A stretch of DNA of 32,000 bases. It comes from Pseudoalteromonas translucida KMM 520. Lineage in GTDB: Bacteria; Pseudomonadota; Gammaproteobacteria; Enterobacterales; Alteromonadaceae. The notes under the pieces were generated by a model, which was not told where the DNA came from, ran no database searches, and saw nothing but the letters and a program-made list of their open reading frames with translations. The DNA lies in the NCBI RefSeq assembly GCF_001465295.1, contig NZ_CP011034.1, positions 1,050,001 through 1,082,000 of the forward strand. Direction: 5' to 3'. Within the stretch, counting starts at the first letter, position 1; each line of letters begins with the position of its first letter. Of this stretch, positions 25,980-32,000 are shown one piece after another. The position numbers were made by a program, and so were the translations under genes.

Positions 25980-28106
25980 GTGCAAGCAATTATTAAAGAA
26001 TTTCAACTAGGTCAACACACAGTGACATTAGAAACTGGTGCAATCGCTCGTCAAGCAGACGGCGCTGTACTTGCAAGCATTGGCGACACTTCAGTACTTG
26101 TTACTGTTGTTGGTAAACGTGAAGCGCAACCTGGCCAAGACTTTTTCCCACTAACAGTTAACTACCAAGAGCGTATGTACGCTGCTGGTCGTATTCCTGG
26201 TGGTTTCTTAAAGCGCGAAGGTCGTCCTAACGATGGCGAAACACTTATTGCACGTCTTATTGACCGTCCAATTCGTCCACTTTTCCCAAGTGGTTTTGTA
26301 AACGAAGTACAAGTTATTGCTACTGTTGTTTCTGTTAACCCTGAAATTCAACCAGATATGGTTGCGTTAATTGGTACTTCAGCTGCACTTGCTATCTCTG
26401 GTATTCCGTTCAGTGGCCCAATTGGTGCTACTCGCGTTGGTTACATCGACGGCGAATACGTACTTAACCCAACACTAAAAGAGCTAGAAGAAAGCAAGCT
26501 AGACTTAGTTGTTGCTGGTACTGATAACGCAGTATTAATGGTTGAGTCAGAAGCAGACGTACTTGCAGAAGACATTATGCTAGGTGCGGTTGTTTATGGT
26601 CATGAGCAAGCTCAATCGATCATCACAGCAATTAAAGAATTTAAAGCAGAAGCAGGCAAGCCTACTTGGGATTGGACTGCACCAGCTAAAAACGTATCAC
26701 TTGAAGAAAAAGTAGCCTCTATTGCTGCTGATAAAGTGGGCGAAGCTTACCGCATTACTGATAAAGTAGCGCGTAAAGAAGCACTTGGCGTAGCTAAAGA
26801 TGAAGTTGTTGCTGTATTAACAAGCGAACTTGCTGAAGGCGAGTCGTTAGATAAGCAAGAAGTTGGTAAAATCTTCGGTTCACTTGAGAAGAAAATCGTT
26901 CGTGGCCGTATCGCTGCTGGCGAAAAACGTATCGATGGTCGTGAACCAGATATGATTCGTGCACTTGACGTAATGACTGGCGTATTACCGCGTACTCACG
27001 GTTCTGCTATCTTTACTCGTGGCGAAACTCAAGCACTTGTAACAGCTACACTTGGTACAGAACGTGATTCACAGTTAATCGACGATTTAACTGGCACGCA
27101 CAAAAACCACTTTATGCTTAACTACAACTTCCCTCCATTTTGTGTAGGCGAAACGGGTTTTGTTGGTTCTCCTAAGCGTCGTGAAATCGGCCATGGTAAC
27201 CTTGCTAAGCGTGGTATTGCAGCGGTAATGCCAACATTGACTGAATTCCCATATTCAATCCGTGTAGTATCTGAAATCACTGAATCAAACGGTTCATCTT
27301 CAATGGCTTCTGTGTGTGGTACTTCACTTGCACTTATGAATGCTGGTGTACCAATTAAAGCGTCTGTTGCGGGTATTGCGATGGGTCTAGTTAAAGAAGA
27401 CGAAAAATTCGTTGTTCTTTCTGACATCTTAGGTGATGAAGATCACTTAGGCGACATGGACTTTAAAGTTGCGGGTACTGCTGGCGGTATTACAGCACTA
27501 CAAATGGACATTAAGATTGAAGGTATCACTCAAGAAATCATGCAAATTGCGCTTAAACAAGCAAAAGCTGCACGTTTACATATCTTAGAAGTGATGGACA
27601 AAGCAATTTCTGCACCGTCTGAAGAGCTTTCTCCGTTTGCTCCACGTATTTACACTATGAAGATCCCACAGAAGAAAATCGCTGAAGTTATTGGTAAAGG
27701 TGGCGCAACAATTCGTCAACTTACTGAAGAAACGGGCACAACGATTGAAATCGGTGATGATGGCACAATCAAAATTGCAGCAACTGACGGCGAAAGCGCA
27801 GCAAATGCAATTAGCCGCATTGAGCAATTAACTGCTGAGCTTGAAGTAGGTACTATCTACGAAGGTAAAGTTGTACGTATTGTTGATTTTGGTGCGTTTG
27901 TAAATATTCTTCCTGGCAAAGATGGTCTAGTACATATTTCGCAAATTAGTACTGAGCGTGTTAATAACGTGACTGATCACCTTTCTGAAGGTCAAGAAGT
28001 TAAAGTTAAAGTACTAGAAGTAGACCGCCAAGGCCGTGTACGTCTAAGTATTAAAGAAGCAATGGAATCTGCAGCACCTGCAGCTGATGCGACAACTGAC
28101 GCATAA
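25980..28106 (+). CDS. pnp: polyribonucleotide nucleotidyltransferase (PNPase)
   Basis: 708-aa ORF. The N-terminus [23 protein letters not shown] is typical, with two RNase PH domains plus KH and S1 domains. GTG start at 25980, with AAGGA 9 nt upstream. Confidence 0.98.
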   Translation: MQAIIKEFQLGQHTVTLETGAIARQADGAVLASIGDTSVLVTVVGKREAQPGQDFFPLTVNYQERMYAAGRIPGGFLKREGRPNDGETLIARLIDRPIRPLFPSGFVNEVQVIATVVSVNPEIQPDMVALIGTSAALAISGIPFSGPIGATRVGYIDGEYVLNPTLKELEESKLDLVVAGTDNAVLMVESEADVLAEDIMLGAVVYGHEQAQSIITAIKEFKAEAGKPTWDWTAPAKNVSLEEKVASIAADKVGEAYRITDKVARKEALGVAKDEVVAVLTSELAEGESLDKQEVGKIFGSLEKKIVRGRIAAGEKRIDGREPDMIRALDVMTGVLPRTHGSAIFTRGETQALVTATLGTERDSQLIDDLTGTHKNHFMLNYNFPPFCVGETGFVGSPKRREIGHGNLAKRGIAAVMPTLTEFPYSIRVVSEITESNGSSSMASVCGTSLALMNAGVPIKASVAGIAMGLVKEDEKFVVLSDILGDEDHLGDMDFKVAGTAGGITALQMDIKIEGITQEIMQIALKQAKAARLHILEVMDKAISAPSEELSPFAPRIYTMKIPQKKIAEVIGKGGATIRQLTEETGTTIEIGDDGTIKIAATDGESAANAISRIEQLTAELEVGTIYEGKVVRIVDFGAFVNILPGKDGLVHISQISTERVNNVTDHLSEGQEVKVKVLEVDRQGRVRLSIKEAMESAAPAADATTDA

Positions 28107-28145
28107 TTGCTAATACTTAATCCGGTTATATTTACTGGATAATAT

Positions 28146-28173
28146 AAAAAGGGGCTGTTTAGCCCCTTTTTTT
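28146..28173 (+). terminator. rho-independent terminator of pnp
   Basis: AAAAAGGGGCT-gttt-AGCCCCTTTTTTT. Confidence 0.9.
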
Positions 28174-28360
28174 ATGCTTTAATGAAACTAACTGCTTATA
28201 GCAGTTGAATTTAATGTTGATTATTTTAAGCGCTTAAGTTGAGCGGATATCATTATTTTAAAGCGTTAAATAATTTATTTGCTAAACGCAGTTAATATGA
28301 ACCTTACTAGACATTGCATGTCTTATTTATTTGCTATTTACCTTGGTATTAAGGATTTTA

Positions 28361-29239
28361 ATGACACTCAAACATTTAGCCTTGGCATCTTTTACTATTT
28401 TGTCTTTAAGCGCGTGCCAAAGCACTTCAAAAGCTGAGTCAATGCCGATTGTTAATGTGCCTTTTACTGCGCCTCTCGCTTCTGATTTTAGAAGTGAAAT
28501 TGCTATTGCACGTTATTCAGAGCTACTAAATAGAGTAGATCTAAGCCCTGAACAACAAGCAAAGCTTTATTATGATCGGGGTGTATTATTTGACAGTTTA
28601 GGCATGACCACCTTGTCGCGAATTGACTTTAATCGGGCTGTTAAATTAAAACCAGATTTAGCCGAGGTGTATAATTTTTTAGGTATTCAACACACCTTAA
28701 TGCAGCAGTATGAAAAAGCCTATGAGCTTTTTGATTCAGCCCTTGAGCTTAACGAAGAACATGAATATGCGTATTTAAATCGTGGTATTGCACTGTACTA
28801 TGGCGACAGAGCAGAGCTTGCACAAAACGATTTTAATGAGTTTTTAGCGCGCTCTCCAAACGATCCTTACCGTGTGTTATGGCTTTATTTAGCGCAAGCA
28901 CAAGATGATAACGTTAAAGCACTTAGTGCGCTTAAAATCAACGCTAAAGCACTTGATGAATCGCAATGGGCGTATCAGTTAATTGCGCTTTACTTGGGCG
29001 ATATTAGCGAACATGACTTTTTATCTGTTATTAGTGATGGGGTTAAATCAGAGCAAGAATACGCACAGCGATTATGCGAGGCTTACTTTTATTTAGCAAA
29101 ATCGCATCAAGCTGCAGGTAATATTAATTTAGCCGCTGATTATTTTAAGCTGGCACTGGCTACCAACGTGCATGAGTTTATTGAATATAAATATGCGCGA
29201 TTAGAACTTGAGCTGATGACAGGTGTTGACGCAAGCTAA
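28361..29239 (+). CDS. nlpI: TPR lipoprotein NlpI
   Basis: 292 aa from ATG 28361, with an AAGGA RBS at 28351-28355. It has a lipobox (LSLSAC) and TPR repeats collinear with E. coli NlpI (LYYDRGVLFDSLGM, YAYLNRGIALYYG, PNDPYRVLWLYLA, NVHEFIEYKYA). The ORF-track TTG at 28331 was rejected. Confidence 0.92.
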   Translation: MTLKHLALASFTILSLSACQSTSKAESMPIVNVPFTAPLASDFRSEIAIARYSELLNRVDLSPEQQAKLYYDRGVLFDSLGMTTLSRIDFNRAVKLKPDLAEVYNFLGIQHTLMQQYEKAYELFDSALELNEEHEYAYLNRGIALYYGDRAELAQNDFNEFLARSPNDPYRVLWLYLAQAQDDNVKALSALKINAKALDESQWAYQLIALYLGDISEHDFLSVISDGVKSEQEYAQRLCEAYFYLAKSHQAAGNINLAADYFKLALATNVHEFIEYKYARLELELMTGVDAS

Positions 29240-30398
29240 GCGTTATAAACTAGCGGTAGTATTACTGTGCAGCCTATTTATTAGTGGCTCCAGTAATCAC
29301 GCTAATAGTATTGGCTTTTGGCAGGTTTTAAATGCCAAGGCCAATATAATACAAAGTTATTGGCAATATCCTGATTATTTTTCTCTGCATTTACAGCAAC
29401 TCCCTGATATTGCGCTCGCTTTATTAGCGCGAAATAAAATACCTGCCGCGCAATACAGGTATTCACTTAAATTATTAAAAAATAACCATACCGAGACTGC
29501 AAAGTTATTTTGGCAAAAAAACACCCATACTATGAGTGAATCAAAACGCCAAGCATTAGCGATGGCGTTATTGGCTCAGTCTCAATGGGACGATCTTAAT
29601 TTATTGGCAAAGCAGGGGTTATTGCCTGAGGGAGATGTATTAAATCATCTTAAACTGCAAACAACTAAGCCTTATAGCAGCGTACCTGCAGCGTTTATGC
29701 AGCGCCTTGGTTTTTTATCATTGAGTTCAGAGATTAAAGCGGATGAGCAATGCTTGTTTAACGTGTTAATGATGAGCGATCACCGTAGCGGGTTGTATAA
29801 ACTCGCTAAACTTATAAAGCAATATAATAAGCGCCCTGAGCCCGGTGCTGGGGTATTTTGTTTATCGCAACCTATTTATGTTGGCGGTGCTATTAATTGT
29901 AGTAATGCAGCAAATAAAATGGCGCAGTGCGATTGGAAAACCGCTAGGCTAAAAAAACAGCTTCCTACTGATTTTGACTTTATAGTAATGATGCCCGAGC
30001 AGGGGAGTGCAAATGTGCGCAGTGGCATTATGCAATTAAATTCAAAAGCAGGTTACCAAGTGTTTTTACACGAACTAATGCACTTTAATGGTTTTGAGGA
30101 TGAATACGCGCTACCAAAAACGAAGCAAGCTTGGCTGTGCGCGCAAAGTGGATTTGTGGCACCTAATTTGTTTTTAGCAAGTAGCGAAGCTACCCCACCA
30201 GTAGGTTGGTATAAAAGCCAGAGCTGCCAGCAAGGGAGCGTAGCTTATAAACCCAGTGAAGCTTGGTCTATTATGCAATATCAGCAGTTAACTCTCTCAG
30301 CGCAATATAGGGCGTTGTGGCAAACACACATAGATACCCATTTTACATTATTTCCTCGTTTTAACTCCTTCATGGAACGCTCAACAACGCCACGCTAA
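29223..30398 (+). CDS. exported hypothetical protein with metzincin-like zinc-protease signature
   Basis: 391-aa ORF. Only GTG 29223 or TTG 29226 can serve as start, since the next in-frame Met is at about codon 104, so it overlaps the nlpI 3' end. It has a signal-peptide-like N-terminus, HELMHFNGFED at nt 30069-30101 and SIMQY at nt 30267-30281. Confidence is high that it is a real gene and moderate for the protease assignment. Confidence 0.6.
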   Translation: MLTQAKRYKLAVVLLCSLFISGSSNHANSIGFWQVLNAKANIIQSYWQYPDYFSLHLQQLPDIALALLARNKIPAAQYRYSLKLLKNNHTETAKLFWQKNTHTMSESKRQALAMALLAQSQWDDLNLLAKQGLLPEGDVLNHLKLQTTKPYSSVPAAFMQRLGFLSLSSEIKADEQCLFNVLMMSDHRSGLYKLAKLIKQYNKRPEPGAGVFCLSQPIYVGGAINCSNAANKMAQCDWKTARLKKQLPTDFDFIVMMPEQGSANVRSGIMQLNSKAGYQVFLHELMHFNGFEDEYALPKTKQAWLCAQSGFVAPNLFLASSEATPPVGWYKSQSCQQGSVAYKPSEAWSIMQYQQLTLSAQYRALWQTHIDTHFTLFPRFNSFMERSTTPR

Positions 30399-30654
30399 AT
30401 TTTAAAGTCTTTACTCTAAGGCGTATGAAAAGCGAACATAGTTGATATTGTTGCATTAATTTATATATAAATTTGCTTGATAATTATGCAGCTAGAGGCG
30501 CTTTCTATAGACAAAATCGGCGTTTATCAGTATAACTATACGTATTAATGCTGTTAAAAAAGCAGACCACAAAAGCTAATGTCCAAGTCACTTTGGTAAT
30601 TAACTATAACAAATAGCGTATTGATAAATTTATGATTTTAAAAGGTCCTTTACT

Positions 30655-32000
30655 ATGACTTTGCTCTGGATACCCCTGCTATCCTTAATTGGCAGTGTTA
30701 TTTCTGCATTTACAGGCAAACTAACGCGAAACCAAGCGACAAGCTTAACTATGCTTGCACCTTTAACCGCACTTTGCATAACCCTATATCATGCGCCTGC
30801 GGTACTTGCCGGTGAAACTATTCGCTTTAGTGCTGCTTGGATCCCAAGTTTAGGGCTCGATTTCTCCCTGCGTTTAGACGGTCTAAGTTTACTGTTTATA
30901 TTTATGATTTTGGGCATAGGCTTACTGGTTATTTTATATTCTCGTTATTATTTAAGTAATAACGACTCAATGGCAAAGTTATATAGCTACTTAATGTTAT
31001 TTATGACCGCAATGCTTGGTATTGTTATGTCTAATAATGTTATTCAGCTATGGGTGTTTTGGGAACTAACCAGTATAAGTTCGTTTTTATTAATTAGTTA
31101 TTGGTGGCATAAGTCAGAAGCACGCAAGGGCGCACGCATGGCGCTTACAGTTACCGGAGCCGGTGGTTTAGCGCTACTTGGTGGGTTACTGTTAATTGGC
31201 GACATTGTTGGCAGTTATAACCTTGATATAATTTTAGCCAGCAGAGCAATTATTCAATCGCACGATTTATACGAGCTTGCACTGGTTTTAGTGTTATTAG
31301 GTGCATTTACTAAATCGGCTCAATTTCCGTTTCACTTTTGGCTACCTCATGCCATGGCCGCGCCAACACCAGTGAGCGCCTATTTACATTCGGCGACCAT
31401 GGTTAAAGCGGGTATATTTTTGTTAGCGCGCTTTTATCCGGCCTTAGCGGGCACCGAAATGTGGTTTATATTAGTTGCCTTAACAGGTTTAATTACTTTG
31501 TTATTTGGCGCATACGTGGCTTTATTTAAGCACGATTTAAAAGGCTTATTAGCGTATTCAACAATAAGTCATTTAGGTTTAATTACGCTATTGCTTGGCC
31601 TAGATACCGAACTTGCTACCGTTGCCGCTATTTTTCATATTATTAATCACGCTACCTTTAAAGCGTCACTGTTTATGGCCACCGGTATTATTGACCATGA
31701 AACAGGTACGCGCGATATGCGTAAACTCAATGGTATGTGGCGCTTTATGCCCTACACAGCAACGCTTGCTATGGTTGCCGCTGCGGCAATGGCGGGTGTC
31801 CCTTTGCTTAATGGCTTTATTTCAAAAGAAATGTTTTTTGCCGAAACACTGCATCAGCAAGTGCTTGGCTCTATGTCGTGGTTAATCCCCGTTTTAGCAA
31901 CCATTGCAGGTGCATTTGCCGTGGCTTATTCGGCGCGCTTTATTCACGATGTGTTTTTTAATGGCGACCCAATAGATTTACCGCGTACACCACACGAGCC
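30655..32000 (+). CDS. mrpA: Mrp/Pha-type monovalent cation/H+ antiporter subunit A (NuoL-like), 5' partial in window
   Basis: The frame is open from ATG 30655 to the window end (448 codons checked by hand, no stop). NuoL/MrpA signatures are present (WVFWELTSISSFLLISYW, KSAQFPFHFWLPHAMAAPTPVSAYLHSATMVKAG). It is absent from the ORF track because no stop lies in the window. Confidence 0.9.
   Translation, partial: MTLLWIPLLSLIGSVISAFTGKLTRNQATSLTMLAPLTALCITLYHAPAVLAGETIRFSAAWIPSLGLDFSLRLDGLSLLFIFMILGIGLLVILYSRYYLSNNDSMAKLYSYLMLFMTAMLGIVMSNNVIQLWVFWELTSISSFLLISYWWHKSEARKGARMALTVTGAGGLALLGGLLLIGDIVGSYNLDIILASRAIIQSHDLYELALVLVLLGAFTKSAQFPFHFWLPHAMAAPTPVSAYLHSATMVKAGIFLLARFYPALAGTEMWFILVALTGLITLLFGAYVALFKHDLKGLLAYSTISHLGLITLLLGLDTELATVAAIFHIINHATFKASLFMATGIIDHETGTRDMRKLNGMWRFMPYTATLAMVAAAAMAGVPLLNGFISKEMFFAETLHQQVLGSMSWLIPVLATIAGAFAVAYSARFIHDVFFNGDPIDLPRTPHE

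Noticed and set aside
31613-31885. 90-aa + strand ORF
   Set aside because: It is an alternate frame inside mrpA. The mrpA frame is open across the whole region and carries NuoL/MrpA motifs.

Overview
This window looks like ordinary core chromosome from a roughly 40% GC marine gammaproteobacterium. Gene order and protein sequences look Alteromonadales/Pseudoalteromonas-like, but that is inference with no database check. I support 27 protein-coding genes, one of them (mrpA) running off the right edge, plus one tRNA.

The left part (50-10705) is the enterobacterial-type sixA / smrB / prmB-aroC ... epmC-yfcL backbone with lineage-specific additions: an M16 peptidase, an AEC permease, DUF4112, an exported 2H phosphoesterase-like protein and an NAD-kinase-like gene. 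The middle holds an AbgT transporter, deaD, grxA, two independently transcribed ibpA-type small heat-shock genes and an FeS-BCP-type photolyase/cryptochrome. The right half is the classical metY(tRNA-fMet)-rimP-nusA-infB-rbfA-truB-rpsO-pnp-nlpI cluster, followed by an unnamed exported ORF and the start of an Mrp-type cation/proton antiporter.

I found no transposase, integrase, prophage, CRISPR, toxin-antitoxin or recognisable defence genes, so I cannot point to a clear novel multi-gene system.

The items most worth a second look are:
- An orphan exported protein whose start overlaps the nlpI stop and which carries a complete metzincin-like zinc signature.
- The ibpA duplication, which has a sharp, near-identical 305-nt tract covering the promoter, the 5' UTR and the first 143 nt of coding sequence. 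Each copy has a sigma32-like promoter and a ROSE-type thermometer hairpin.
- A (GCCTAGA)x6 microsatellite in an unusually long convergent intergenic region.
- An NAD-kinase-like gene whose start overlaps the end of the EF-P hydroxylase gene.

All functional calls rest on motif or sequence recognition by eye. None was confirmed by search.
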